Source of the DNA: Flavobacteriales bacterium
GTDB taxonomy: Bacteria > Bacteroidota > Bacteroidia > Flavobacteriales_F > PHOS-HE28
NCBI GenBank assembly: GCA_016717305.1
Contig: JADKFY010000041.1
Span: 878-64,877, forward strand
Length of the DNA: 64,000 nt
Reading direction: 5' to 3'
A program made the position numbers and the translations under genes. Of this stretch, positions 31,277 through 42,251 are shown piece by piece; position 1 is the first letter of the stretch, and the number at the start of each line of letters is the position of its first letter. The notes beneath the pieces were generated by a model. The model had not been told where the DNA came from and did no database searches. It was given only the letters and a program-made list of their open reading frames with translations.

Positions 31277-34200
31277 ATGGCATCAGCGCGTACACTTTTT
31301 TCGGGGTTGTTTTTCACATTGTCTGCAATGTCCGCTGTGGCTGCGGTGACCAATGAACCGGATGCCCACGATCACGGACCAGTGAAGGTTCGGTTCACCC
31401 AGAATAAGGGCCAATGGGATGCCAACGTTCTGTTCCGCACGGGGGTGAATGGAGCCACTGTATTCATGGAGCGGAACGGCTCTTCATGGGTGAAGTTTGC
31501 GGACGATGTGGATGGCGCGATGCACGACGCCATGGAAATGTCGAAAGAGGAACGCGCCGCCACGATACTTCGCGGGCATGCGTGGCGCTTACGCTTCCAC
31601 GAACCGCAAGGCGATCTCACCATTCAGGCAAAGTCGGTGTTACCAGGTTACGAGAACTTCTTCTTTGGCAACGACCCTTCAAAATGGAATGGTCATGTGC
31701 AAGGCTATGGGGAGCTGGTGTATAAAGGCGTTTGGGAGGGCATTGATGTTCGCTATCATGCCACCAATGGGAATTTGAAGTACGATGTATTGTTGGCCGC
31801 TGGCGCCGATGCGGAGAATGTTGCTTTCCGTTACGAAGGGATCGACGGTTCATCGATCTCCAAGGATGGTCGTTTGGTGCTGTCGACCTCGGTCGGTGAA
31901 GTCATCGAGCTTCAGCCTGTTGCGTTCTATTCCGATGGAGGCCAAGAGCCTTTGGCGTGCTCATACCAGCTACGGAATGGCGTGTTACGGTTCGTGCTCC
32001 CCGTCAATTATGATCATTCACGTCCTGTAACCATTGACCCCATTTTGATCGCCAGTACACTGAGCGGGGCAACGGGTGCAAGCAACTACGGACACTGTGC
32101 TACTTATGATAGCAATGGGAACATTTATTCCGGTGCCCGCAATTTCGGACCCACCTACCCGGCAACAACAGGCGCATTCCAAGTTGCCATGGGCGGGGGA
32201 TATACCGATATGTCATTCAGTAAATACAACCCGGATGGAAGTGATCTGATCTGGGCCAGCTACTTAGGTGGGGATGATGGAGAGAATCCGCACAGCATGA
32301 TCGTCAATAGCCTAGGGGAACTTTGCGTTCTTGGCTCCACTAGTTCGGCCAATTTTCCGACCACAGTTGGTGCGATCGACAACACGTTGGGTGGTGAAGC
32401 GGACATAACGGTAACACACATCAGTGCTGATGGGACCACGCTGTTGGGTTCTACGTTCTTGGGTGGAGCCGCAAGTGATGGGCTGAACGACATGTACGCG
32501 AACTATGGAGAACAATATCGCGGAGAGATCTTCTTGGACGGAGCCAACAATATCCTCATCAGCACGTGCTCATCGTCTTCTGATTTTCCAGTTACCCCTG
32601 GTTGTTTCCAGACCACGTTGGGAGGCGGCCAGGACGGGATCGTTGCTTCTATTTTACCGGATTGTTCAGGCTTGGTGTATAGCACCTACATCGGTGGTAC
32701 ATCGGATGATAATGCCTTGGGGATCAGGCTTGCATTGAACGGTGATATACTTGTGACCGGTGGTACCGAGAGCACGGACTTCCCGGTCACAGCGAGTGGA
32801 AATGTGAGTGCATCCATTGGAGGGCGCGATGGATATGTGGTAAGGCTTACGCCGAATGCGAGCAATATGGTGGTTGGTACGTACTTCGGAACTACGGATG
32901 ATGATGGTTCATACTTCTTGGATACCGACTTCAATGACGATGTTTGGATCTACGGTCAATCGGATGGCACCATCCCCATTCTTCCGGCCTCTACGTATGG
33001 CCAAGCGACTGGGCCTGTTTTCATAGCCAAGTTGTCCTCGGACCTCAGTACCGTTCTTCTCACCACAACGATTGGTCCCAGCGGAGGCGGCTTCGGTGGT
33101 GCTGTACCCGTCGCGTTCCTCGTGGACGTGTGTGACAATATCTACATCTCCAGTTACAATTCCACGCCAGGCCTACCTACTACACCGGACGCGTTGTATA
33201 CCAATGGCTCATTTTACTTGGCAGCGTTCGAACCTGACATGACCAATATCCTTTTCGGAACCTACTACGGAGGTAGTCACGTTGATGGTGGGACCAGTCG
33301 ATTCGATAAGAACGGTATCGTTTATCAAGGCGTTTGCAGCGGGACCGGTAGCTTGCAGACCACCGCATGGGCATGGGCCACCGATCAATCCATTGGATGG
33401 GATATCGGTGTGTTCAAGATCGATTTTGGCGTGGCTGGCGTTAATGCCGCAGGTGCCTCCGCGATAAACACGGGTTGTGCCCCTATTCAAGTTGATTTCT
33501 CGAATGAAAGCTCCGGTGACACCTGGAGGTGGGATTTCGGTGACGGATCCCCACAAGTGGAAGCATTCGAGCCAAGCCACTTATACTCTGAACCAGGTGA
33601 TTATCTGGTTCGGCTTATCGCACAGGATTCGTTGGCCTGCAACTTGGCCGATACCGTTTATTTTCCGATCCAGATCGGCGCGCAACAACCCATCCAGGCC
33701 GGTTTGGATTGGGAACAGGTGCAGGATTGTACCGAATTGCGGATAACAGCAGTGAACACCAGCATAGGTGCACCGTTGGATCATACGTGGGTGCTTAGCG
33801 ATGGCACAGAGTACACCACGGATTCCATTTCCCATGTGTTCAGCGACGAAGGGACCTATGATGTGTCCTTGATCGCCACTGATCCTACCGGTTGTTCCCA
33901 AAGTGATACGATCACGACCTTGGTCACCGTTGCGCCCATTGTGTTCAACTTTGACTTGCTCGATCGTATGCTGTGCGCAGATGTATCATCTGTACCATTG
34001 GACGCGAGTGTCGTAGTTGGCGACTATACGTGGAGTACCGGCGAAACAACCGCCACCATTCAAGCCTACGAGGTCGGAACGTATTGGGTCACTGTTACCA
34101 ATCAAGCAGGTTGCATTGGCACGGATACGGTCCAGGTCATTGAACCGAACATTTTGGAACTCGCATTCGAAGTGGAAACATGCCCTGGCATCGACGCCGC

Positions 34201-34645
34201 GTTGCGCATACCCCTTGACAATGCAACATCATATCTATGGGACAATGGTTCCACATCCCGAAACCGCGAGGTGGAAGGCATAGAGGGCTTTTATGCCTTT
34301 ACTGTGATCGATGCTAATGGATGTGCTCATGTGGACAGCGCATCGGTAACACTTTACGATAGTGACACACAGCTCTTTGCACCCAATGCATTCACTCCCA
34401 ATGGTGATGGCATAAATGACACGTTCCAATTCACAGGATACGGTGATCGTACACTTGACATGACCATTTTCGATCGATGGGGTGAGCAATTGTACCAGAC
34501 CGGGTCCATGGCCACGCCGTGGGATGGTTCCTATAAAGGAAAACCTGTCGCCAACGATGTTTACGTGTATGTGTTGAAGTATACCGGCCTTTGCACTGGC
34601 CAAGAAGAATTCCAACACACTGGCCACGTTACCGTGGTGCGTTGA
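31277..34645 (+). CDS. Large secreted protein: SBBP beta-propeller repeats, PKD domains and T9SS type-B (gliding motility-associated) C-terminal domain
   Basis: Signal peptide MASARTLFSGLFFTLSAMSAVAAV. Repeated ...NYGHCATYDSNGNIYSGARNFGPTYPATTGAFQ...-type SBBP units. C-terminus PNAFTPNGDGINDTFQF...TIFDRWGEQLYQ...VYVYVLKY = CHU_C-type CTD. Confidence 0.75.
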   Translation: MASARTLFSGLFFTLSAMSAVAAVTNEPDAHDHGPVKVRFTQNKGQWDANVLFRTGVNGATVFMERNGSSWVKFADDVDGAMHDAMEMSKEERAATILRGHAWRLRFHEPQGDLTIQAKSVLPGYENFFFGNDPSKWNGHVQGYGELVYKGVWEGIDVRYHATNGNLKYDVLLAAGADAENVAFRYEGIDGSSISKDGRLVLSTSVGEVIELQPVAFYSDGGQEPLACSYQLRNGVLRFVLPVNYDHSRPVTIDPILIASTLSGATGASNYGHCATYDSNGNIYSGARNFGPTYPATTGAFQVAMGGGYTDMSFSKYNPDGSDLIWASYLGGDDGENPHSMIVNSLGELCVLGSTSSANFPTTVGAIDNTLGGEADITVTHISADGTTLLGSTFLGGAASDGLNDMYANYGEQYRGEIFLDGANNILISTCSSSSDFPVTPGCFQTTLGGGQDGIVASILPDCSGLVYSTYIGGTSDDNALGIRLALNGDILVTGGTESTDFPVTASGNVSASIGGRDGYVVRLTPNASNMVVGTYFGTTDDDGSYFLDTDFNDDVWIYGQSDGTIPILPASTYGQATGPVFIAKLSSDLSTVLLTTTIGPSGGGFGGAVPVAFLVDVCDNIYISSYNSTPGLPTTPDALYTNGSFYLAAFEPDMTNILFGTYYGGSHVDGGTSRFDKNGIVYQGVCSGTGSLQTTAWAWATDQSIGWDIGVFKIDFGVAGVNAAGASAINTGCAPIQVDFSNESSGDTWRWDFGDGSPQVEAFEPSHLYSEPGDYLVRLIAQDSLACNLADTVYFPIQIGAQQPIQAGLDWEQVQDCTELRITAVNTSIGAPLDHTWVLSDGTEYTTDSISHVFSDEGTYDVSLIATDPTGCSQSDTITTLVTVAPIVFNFDLLDRMLCADVSSVPLDASVVVGDYTWSTGETTATIQAYEVGTYWVTVTNQAGCIGTDTVQVIEPNILELAFEVETCPGIDAALRIPLDNATSYLWDNGSTSRNREVEGIEGFYAFTVIDANGCAHVDSASVTLYDSDTQLFAPNAFTPNGDGINDTFQFTGYGDRTLDMTIFDRWGEQLYQTGSMATPWDGSYKGKPVANDVYVYVLKYTGLCTGQEEFQHTGHVTVVR

Positions 34646-34680
34646 TCTCCAACTCATCTTACTCGATCCACAGTTTACCG

Positions 34681-37600
34681 ATGAATCAAGCTCTTTCAAT
34701 TGCTCTTGCACTCTTTGTCGCTACTCCGGTCATCGCGCATACGCACAGCGAAGGGGAAGCTCATCCCCAGACGAAGAACAGTTATTCCTTCGTGGAGAAC
34801 CTAGGCCAGTGGCCCTCAGCCGTTCTCTTTCGCACCCATGTGAATGGTGCTGCCCTGTTCGTGGAAGAGAATTCATGGACATGGTCCAAATTGGAAGGAT
34901 CCTCGGTGGACCAGATGCACGACATCGCAATGCTTTCCAACACCGAGCGGGACTCACTTCGGTTCAATGGTCATGCGTGGCGGATGCAATTCGTTGGAGC
35001 ATCAAAGGAACGACCAAAGGGGATGATCAAGTCCGACCACTACGAGAATTACTTCATGGGCAACGATCGCTCACGTTGGCGCGGCCATGTGGGTGCATAC
35101 GGTGCATTGGAACAGAAAGAAGTATGGCCGGGCATCGATGTGTTGATGAAGACCATTGATGGCAACTTCAAATACGATGTGGTGCTTCATCCTGGAGCCA
35201 ATAGGAATTTGGTCGCAATGGCCTATGAGGGATTGGAGGGCATGTCCATTGGGGAACAAGGCGAATTGCGCTTGAAGACAAGCGTTGGGGATGTGATGGA
35301 GCTGGCGCCGTTGGCCTTCTACGCCGATCAGGAAGGTGAGCGCATTCCATGCTTCTTCGTTTTGGAAGGCAGTACGGTACGTTTCGATTTTCCGAAGGGT
35401 TATGATGCCAAGCGTACGGTGGTGATCGATCCCGTCCTTATTGCAGCAACCTATTCCGGAGCCACAGGATCGAGCAACTACGGACATTGCGCGACTTACG
35501 ATGATGCCGGTAATATCTACACCGGTGCCCGCAACTTCGGGCCTACCTATCCGGCTACGTTGGGCGCTTTCCAGACCACGCCGGGTGGCGGCGGAACGGA
35601 CATCTCACTAAGCAAGTACAACCCCGATGGCAGCGACTTGATATGGGCAGCGTATCTCGGTGGAAGCAGTGGGGAGAACCCGCACAGCCTTATCGTGAAC
35701 GCATTGGGAGAACTCGTTGTTCTTGGTTCCACGGATTCCGATGATTTTCCCGTAACGGTCGGGGCGTTCGATGAGGAACACAATGGAGATACTGATATCG
35801 CCTTGGTACATATCGCTGCCGATGGTTCATCGTTGATCGGCTCTACCTACATCGGAAGCACTGGATCGGATGGCATCAACGACATGTATGCGAACTATGG
35901 GGAAGCATACAGAGGTGAAGTGTATTTGGATACGGAGGGCAATATCCTCGTCGCATCATTCACAAGTTCGGCGGCTTTCCCGATGACTTCCGGTGCGTGG
36001 CAGCCCGAATTGGCAGGAGAGCAGGATGGCGTGTTGTTGAAAATGGATCCAACCTGTTCCCAAATGCTGGCCGCCACGTTCGTAGGAGGCTCCATGTCGG
36101 ACAATGCAATGGGATTGAGGATCGCCCAGAATGGCGATATCTACGTGATCGGCATTACCGAAAGCACGGATTTGATCTTCCCAAGCGGTGGGCTCATGAG
36201 CACGTATCAAGGTGGAGGTCGTGACGGTTATGCCATACGCCTTACAAGTGATCTTTCGACCATTGTCGCCGGTACCTACTTCGGGACACCGGATTCCGAC
36301 GGGGCGTATTTCATCGATACGGATACGGACGACAACGTGTGGATCTTCGGGCAAAGTGATGGCGATGTTCCGATCTACCCAGTTGGAACCTATGGTTCCG
36401 CAGGTGAGATCTTCTTGGTGAAGCTCGCACCACAGCTGAATGAAGCGTTGATCACCACGATGATCCCCGGTAATATGGCGCCAGTGGCCTTCTTGGTTGA
36501 TGTGTGTAACCACGTCTATATATCAGGGTACAATACAGGAGGAAGTTTGCCTACCACAGCAGATGCCCTTTATACCACCGGGGGGTTCTACCTCGCTGCA
36601 TTTGATGTGGATATGACCAGTATCCTCTTCGGCAGTTTCTATGGTGGAAGCCACGTGGATGGCGGTACGAGCCGCTTCGACAAGAATGGGATCATTTATC
36701 AAGGTGTGTGTAGTGGAGGCAATAGCATGCAAAGCACCGATTGGGCTTGGCGGACCACCAACGCCATTTCATGGGATATCTCGGTGTTCAAGATCGATTT
36801 TGCCGTTGCCGGAGTGCAAGCGAATATCTATTCCACCTCCACGACCGGCTGCGTTCCAGCGACGTTCACATTGAACGCGGTCGGCCAGGCCACATTGTTC
36901 ACCTGGAACTTCAATGACGGATCACCATTGGCCACTGGGAACGAGGTGTCAATTACCTACGAAACACCTGGTGCTTATCTGGTAACATTGATCGGCACCG
37001 ATCCCAATTCATGCAACCTTGCCGATACGACCTACATCACGCTGAACGTTTATGACCCCAGCGAACTACTGGCCCAATTCAGGCCAACACCAGTGAGTAG
37101 TTGTGACGGTTACTTCCTTGAAGTGGAGAATAGCTCTGTGGGTGGCACGCAGTACAATTGGAACTTCGGTGACGGGTCCAGCTCGGTCGCCTTCGAGCCT
37201 GTGCACGAGTACGCAGGTCCAGGTACCTATACGGTCTCCTTGGAAGTGCGCAATACGGTGTGCGCTGACACTGCCATGGTCGATCTTCCGATCACCTTCG
37301 TGGTTCCGCAGTTGCCTTTCGATCCACCAACCCCGATCCCGCTATGTCCAGGAAGCAGTGCGGTCCTGTCGGCAGGTACAGGTTTCGATTCCTATGCATG
37401 GTCCACCGGAGGAAGTGGCAGTTCAATTACCGTGGATGAGCCCGGATATTATCTGATAACGGTAACTGACGGTGCATGTGAGGCGCTGGATAGCATTCAA
37501 GCAATTGTGGCCCCGCTACACCCTCCAACGCCCGATGTTTACAAGTGTGCTGGATCAAGTGTTGCGATATCGCCCGGCTTCACTGTTTCTTCCATTCTGT

Positions 37601-38016
37601 GGTCCAACTCACAGACCGTACCCATTATCAACGTCGAGGAGAACGGTCTCTACAGCTTCACGGGGGTGGATGGCGTAGGGTGCAATGTTACCGGCACCGT
37701 TCTGGTGATAGAAATACCCGTTACTCGCGGCGACAATTTCATTCCGAACGTGTTCACACCGAATAATGATCAGATGAACGACCAGTTCCAGATCGTGGGA
37801 GAAGGGTTGCAAGACTTCAGTATGGAGATCTATGACCGTTGGGGGTTGAAGATGTTCGAGACCATATCCCAGACCAACGGATGGAATGGAGGACTCGATA
37901 ACACCCTTGCCTCTGCAGTGCCGGATGGTACGTATTACTACATCATCACGTTCAAGGACCTCTGCAGTACGGAACCCATTACCACACATACCGGTCACGT
38001 GACCGTGCTGCGTTGA
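34681..38016 (+). CDS. Paralogue of the preceding gene: SBBP/PKD protein with T9SS type-B CTD
   Basis: Signal peptide MNQALSIALALFVATPVIAHT. N-terminal 300 aa are about 55-60% identical to the upstream gene. C-terminus PNVFTPNNDQMNDQFQI...IYDRWGLKMFE...TYYYIITF. Confidence 0.75.
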   Translation: MNQALSIALALFVATPVIAHTHSEGEAHPQTKNSYSFVENLGQWPSAVLFRTHVNGAALFVEENSWTWSKLEGSSVDQMHDIAMLSNTERDSLRFNGHAWRMQFVGASKERPKGMIKSDHYENYFMGNDRSRWRGHVGAYGALEQKEVWPGIDVLMKTIDGNFKYDVVLHPGANRNLVAMAYEGLEGMSIGEQGELRLKTSVGDVMELAPLAFYADQEGERIPCFFVLEGSTVRFDFPKGYDAKRTVVIDPVLIAATYSGATGSSNYGHCATYDDAGNIYTGARNFGPTYPATLGAFQTTPGGGGTDISLSKYNPDGSDLIWAAYLGGSSGENPHSLIVNALGELVVLGSTDSDDFPVTVGAFDEEHNGDTDIALVHIAADGSSLIGSTYIGSTGSDGINDMYANYGEAYRGEVYLDTEGNILVASFTSSAAFPMTSGAWQPELAGEQDGVLLKMDPTCSQMLAATFVGGSMSDNAMGLRIAQNGDIYVIGITESTDLIFPSGGLMSTYQGGGRDGYAIRLTSDLSTIVAGTYFGTPDSDGAYFIDTDTDDNVWIFGQSDGDVPIYPVGTYGSAGEIFLVKLAPQLNEALITTMIPGNMAPVAFLVDVCNHVYISGYNTGGSLPTTADALYTTGGFYLAAFDVDMTSILFGSFYGGSHVDGGTSRFDKNGIIYQGVCSGGNSMQSTDWAWRTTNAISWDISVFKIDFAVAGVQANIYSTSTTGCVPATFTLNAVGQATLFTWNFNDGSPLATGNEVSITYETPGAYLVTLIGTDPNSCNLADTTYITLNVYDPSELLAQFRPTPVSSCDGYFLEVENSSVGGTQYNWNFGDGSSSVAFEPVHEYAGPGTYTVSLEVRNTVCADTAMVDLPITFVVPQLPFDPPTPIPLCPGSSAVLSAGTGFDSYAWSTGGSGSSITVDEPGYYLITVTDGACEALDSIQAIVAPLHPPTPDVYKCAGSSVAISPGFTVSSILWSNSQTVPIINVEENGLYSFTGVDGVGCNVTGTVLVIEIPVTRGDNFIPNVFTPNNDQMNDQFQIVGEGLQDFSMEIYDRWGLKMFETISQTNGWNGGLDNTLASAVPDGTYYYIITFKDLCSTEPITTHTGHVTVLR

Positions 38017-38065
38017 GCTTCTGCTGGTATTGTCCAAGCTCAGGACCGAAGGGCGTTTGAACCTA

Positions 38066-40924
38066 TTACCGAACACCCAGGTGGTGTCCAGTATAGCTCG
38101 TCGCGATCTGTTCGATCCCCTCTGGAGGACCTTCATAGAGCACGTTACCACCACCTTCACCGCCTTCCGGGCCAAGGTCGATCAGATGGTCCGCACATTT
38201 GATCACCTCCGTATTGTGTTCGATCACCAACACACTGTGGCCGTTCGCCAGCAACATGTCGAAGGCCTTCAACAGCTTTGCGATGTCGTGGAAGTGTAGT
38301 CCCGTGGTCGGTTCGTCGAAGATGAAGAGGGTTGGCTTTTCATCCTGGCCTTTCGTTAGGAAACTCGCCAGTTTGATGCGTTGCGCCTCCCCGCCGGACA
38401 GCGTGCTACTGCTTTGGCCCAATTTCACATAACCCAAACCGGTTTCCTGGAGCGGTAACAGTTTATTCACGATGCGTTGAAGGATCGGCTTATCCTTCAT
38501 TTCTGCTTGGAAGAACGCGATGCCATCATCCACCGTCATGTCCAAGAGATCGGAAACATCCTTGCCGGCGAATTTCACCTCCAGGATCTCCTCCTTGAAC
38601 CGTTTGCCATGGCACTCCTCGCAGGTGAGGTTGATGTTGGCCATGAATTGCATTTCGATGTGTACTTCACCTTCGCCTTGGCATACTTCGCAACGGCCTC
38701 CATCCACGTTAAAGCTGAAGAACGCCGGTTTGTAGCCACGCGCTTTGCTCAACGGCAGTTCGCTGTAGAACGAGCGGATCTCATCCCATGCCTTCACATA
38801 GGTGACCGGATTGCTGCGCGAACTGCGGCCGATCGGGTTCTGGTCCACCAATTCCACCGCACGAATGCGATGCAGGTCGCCCGTCAAGGAACTGAAGTCG
38901 CCAGGCCGCTCGCTAAAGCCGTCCAGTTCGCGCTTCAAAGCAGGGTAGAGGATGCGCTTCACCAAGGTGGTCTTGCCACTACCGCTTACTCCGGTCACGA
39001 CCGTAAGGATGTGAAGCGGAAAGGCCACATCGATATTTTTCAAATTGTGTTCTCGCGCTCCGTGCAACACCAGCTTATCCTTGACCGGTCGGCGTTTTTC
39101 CGGTACCGGGATCTGTTCACGGCCGGTTAGGTAACGCGCTGTGAGGCTGTCACTCTTCACCAGATCGGCATGGGTTCCACTGAAGACCACTTCGCCTCCG
39201 TGGCTACCCGCCATGGGGCCCATGTCGATGATGTGGTCCGCCGCGCGCATCACCTCTTCATCGTGCTCTACAACGATGACCGTGTTACCTAGGTCGCGCA
39301 ATTGTTTCAAAACCTCGATCAAGGCCAAGGTGTCACGTGGGTGAAGACCGATGCTGGGCTCATCAAGAATGTACATACTGCCCACCAAACTGCTGCCCAA
39401 CGAGGTGGCCAGATCGATCCGCTGCGTTTCTCCACCGCTCAAAGTGTTGCTCCTGCGCTCCAGAGTTAGATAGCCAACGCCCACATCATGGAGATAGCGT
39501 AGCCTGTTCCGGATCTCCTTCAACAAACGCGATGCGATCCGTTCATCCTGTGCGTCAAGTTCCAGTTCATTGAAGAACGTTAGGCACTTTGTGATCGGTA
39601 ATGCGGCGAGCTCCGTGATGTCCTTGCCCGCTATTTTCACATAACGTGCTTCGGGTCTTAATCGCGTGCCATTGCACACAGGACATTTGGTCTTGCCACG
39701 GTAGCGGCTGGCCAACACCCTGTATTGGATCTTGTAGCTCTTCTCTTCTACGTATTTGAAGAAGCGGTCGATCCCCGAAACGCCTTTCGTTCCTTTCCAA
39801 AGCAGGTCCTTTTGCTCTTCCGAAAGTTCGTTGTATGGCCTGTGTAAAGGGAAATCAAGTCTAGCGGTGTGTTGGATGAAGTCGTTCTTCCATTCGCTCA
39901 ACTTCTCTCCTCGCCAAGGTGCAACGGCATCGTCATACACGCTCAAGCCCTTGTTCGGGATCACCAGGTCGCGGTCTATACCGATCACATTGCCGTGACC
40001 TTCACATTTGGGACAAGCACCCAACGGGTCGTTGAAGCTGAAGAGATTTGGGCTTGGTTCTTCGAACGTGATCCCGTCCAGTTCGAACCGATCACTGAAG
40101 CCCATTTGGAGCTCTTTCCCGCTGGCGTCCTCGCCCAACAGGATCAATTCACCCTGCCCCTCGAAGAAACCGGTTTCGGCACTATCGGCTGCACGACTCT
40201 CGTTCTCCTCGTCCCCTGGGGTCACAGAAAGTCGATCCAGAACGAGGAACCACGTGCCTTTGCGCGCTTTCTTCTCCGCCAAGAGATCTTCCAACCGGTG
40301 GACATCCGTGCCATCGTGCACGCGTGCAAATCCTTGTTGGTGCAACACATCAAAATGCTGCTGCAAGGTGCGCCCCGTTGGAACCTTCAAAGGCGCAAGC
40401 ATGAGCACCTTACTTCCTTCCGGATAGCTGTTCACTCCGGCCACCACGTCTTCGATGCCGTCGCGCTTCACCTCTTGGCCACTTACCGGTGAAAGGGTGT
40501 GTCCAGCACGAGCGAACAACAATTTCAAATGGTCGTAGACCTCCGTACTCGTACCAACCGTGCTACGCGGATTGCTGGTTAGTACTTTTTGCTCGATGGC
40601 GATCGCTGGGCTGATCCCGATGATCTTGTCCACATCCGGTTTCTCTAGTCTCCCCAAGAACTGACGTGCATAGCTGCTCAAGCTTTCCACATAACGGCGC
40701 TGACCCTCGGCATACAACGTATCAAAGGCCAAGCTGCTTTTGCCACTACCGCTCAACCCTGTGATCACCACCAGTTTACCGCGAGGTATGTCCACACTGA
40801 TGTTCTTCAGGTTGTGGACACGCGCACCCAGCACACGGATAAAGCCCTTTGCGGCCTTACTTGGTGATGGGGACTGGCCGCGTTGGCCAGTAGAGGTGGG
40901 GATTATGGTACGGGAGTTCGCCAA
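38066..40924 (-). CDS. uvrA: Excinuclease ABC subunit A
   Basis: 952 aa with two ABC ATPase modules ([20 protein letters not shown]), zinc-finger Cys pairs and LSGGEAQR signatures. Confidence 0.95.
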   Translation of the reverse strand: MANSRTIIPTSTGQRGQSPSPSKAAKGFIRVLGARVHNLKNISVDIPRGKLVVITGLSGSGKSSLAFDTLYAEGQRRYVESLSSYARQFLGRLEKPDVDKIIGISPAIAIEQKVLTSNPRSTVGTSTEVYDHLKLLFARAGHTLSPVSGQEVKRDGIEDVVAGVNSYPEGSKVLMLAPLKVPTGRTLQQHFDVLHQQGFARVHDGTDVHRLEDLLAEKKARKGTWFLVLDRLSVTPGDEENESRAADSAETGFFEGQGELILLGEDASGKELQMGFSDRFELDGITFEEPSPNLFSFNDPLGACPKCEGHGNVIGIDRDLVIPNKGLSVYDDAVAPWRGEKLSEWKNDFIQHTARLDFPLHRPYNELSEEQKDLLWKGTKGVSGIDRFFKYVEEKSYKIQYRVLASRYRGKTKCPVCNGTRLRPEARYVKIAGKDITELAALPITKCLTFFNELELDAQDERIASRLLKEIRNRLRYLHDVGVGYLTLERRSNTLSGGETQRIDLATSLGSSLVGSMYILDEPSIGLHPRDTLALIEVLKQLRDLGNTVIVVEHDEEVMRAADHIIDMGPMAGSHGGEVVFSGTHADLVKSDSLTARYLTGREQIPVPEKRRPVKDKLVLHGAREHNLKNIDVAFPLHILTVVTGVSGSGKTTLVKRILYPALKRELDGFSERPGDFSSLTGDLHRIRAVELVDQNPIGRSSRSNPVTYVKAWDEIRSFYSELPLSKARGYKPAFFSFNVDGGRCEVCQGEGEVHIEMQFMANINLTCEECHGKRFKEEILEVKFAGKDVSDLLDMTVDDGIAFFQAEMKDKPILQRIVNKLLPLQETGLGYVKLGQSSSTLSGGEAQRIKLASFLTKGQDEKPTLFIFDEPTTGLHFHDIAKLLKAFDMLLANGHSVLVIEHNTEVIKCADHLIDLGPEGGEGGGNVLYEGPPEGIEQIATSYTGHHLGVR

Positions 40925-41232
40925 GGGGGCGCAAATTTAGCCTTAAGCAGAGCAGGAATGAAGATCCTTATTGACCTCCCGATCGGGGTGCGGTGCTTTT
41001 GGGCCAAGCACCGGTCCGTTCACCTTGGACCGGTTTCCTATCTTTGCAATGTCGCCATGGAAAAGTTTGGAGAGGGCGCACAATGATCCGGGTCAAGGCA
41101 ACGTTTGCACTCCGGATAGCGTCTACCTCCCAATAGCCACCTTGGCATTCATCTCACCGAGCACCTAAAACACTACGGCATAGCTAGGACCATTACCCGT
41201 TTGTTTCGATCCGTTAAGGACCTAAAACCGGA

Positions 41233-41829
41233 ATGTCCATGCTTACCAAAGTGCTCAACGACCAAGAACTTGTGCGTCAATACCTCGAAGGCAATGAAAA
41301 GGCCTTTGAACTATTGCTGGCCCGCCATAAGCGGAAAGTCTGGTCCCACATCTATCTGCTCGTTCGCGATCGCGAGTTGACCGAGGACTTGTTCCAGGAC
41401 ACGTTCATCAAGGTGGTCCATACCTTGAAGAGCACCAATAAATACAACGAGGAAGGCAAATTCCTTCCTTGGGTCATGCGGATCGCCCACAACTTGGTGA
41501 TCGACCATTTCCGCCGCGTAAAGAAGATGCCTTTGACGCGGAGTAAGGACGACCACGATGTGTTCGCCACACTTTGCCAAACCGATAAGAACGTGGAACA
41601 GCGCATGGTGAACGTGCAGATCGATGCGGATGTGCGCAAGCTGATCGATACGCTACCACCTGAACAACGAGATGTGGTCATGATGCGGACCTACCTGAGC
41701 ATGAGCTTCAAGGAGATCGCGGACCATACCGATGTGAGCATCAACACCGCATTGGGCCGTATGCGCTACGCCTTGATCAATATGCGCCGCATGATCAAAG
41801 AGAACGAGATGGTATTGGAAAGAGCATAG
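41233..41829 (+). CDS. ECF-type RNA polymerase sigma-70 factor
   Basis: Sigma70 region 2 (…FLPWVMRIAHNLVIDHFRR) and region 4 (…DVVMMRTYLSMSFKEIADHTDVSINTALGRMRYAL). No adjacent anti-sigma gene. Confidence 0.8.
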   Translation: MSMLTKVLNDQELVRQYLEGNEKAFELLLARHKRKVWSHIYLLVRDRELTEDLFQDTFIKVVHTLKSTNKYNEEGKFLPWVMRIAHNLVIDHFRRVKKMPLTRSKDDHDVFATLCQTDKNVEQRMVNVQIDADVRKLIDTLPPEQRDVVMMRTYLSMSFKEIADHTDVSINTALGRMRYALINMRRMIKENEMVLERA

Positions 41830-42180
41830 GTGATCGATAATTTGGGAAATGTGGAAGTGCGGCGATGCTGCATCTCCACATTTTCTCATTTCCGCACTTG
41901 CTCAATAGGGTCGATTTTTCCGCACCCACACAATACGGGGTATAAGGGCCGCGTTGACCAGACATTGATAACAACCTTACCCTCCATTAATGGCAAATTC
42001 TACCCTTCGCAAGAAGAACACGCGTAACACCGGAAAACCCATGATCACCAAACCTTCCATGGGTCCGCGCGAAGCCTCGATCCAGTTCATTCTCGGTTAC
42101 TCCCGAGCATTGCGTGTTGTGGATGCCCCGCCGATCGGGCAAGTGGATATCATCCTGAATTAGGTTTTAACGGGTAAAGA

Positions 42181-42240
42181 GTACAGGGTATGGAGTACCT
42201 AGTATCGCTCCGTGCGTACTAGGTACTCCATACCCTGTAC
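42181..42240. repeat. Perfect 24-bp inverted repeat (hairpin) with 12-nt loop; probable terminator or REP-like element
   Basis: GTACAGGGTATGGAGTACCTAGTA-tcgctccgtgcg-TACTAGGTACTCCATACCCTGTAC. Ends 11 nt beyond the desaturase stop codon. Confidence 0.6.
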
Positions 42241-42251
42241 CGATACTACAA

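Noticed and set aside
40925-41232. 308-bp intergenic region upstream of the sigma-factor gene checked for tRNA/sRNA
   Set aside because: No cloverleaf-compatible segments or conserved tRNA boxes recognised. No call made without covariance-model search.
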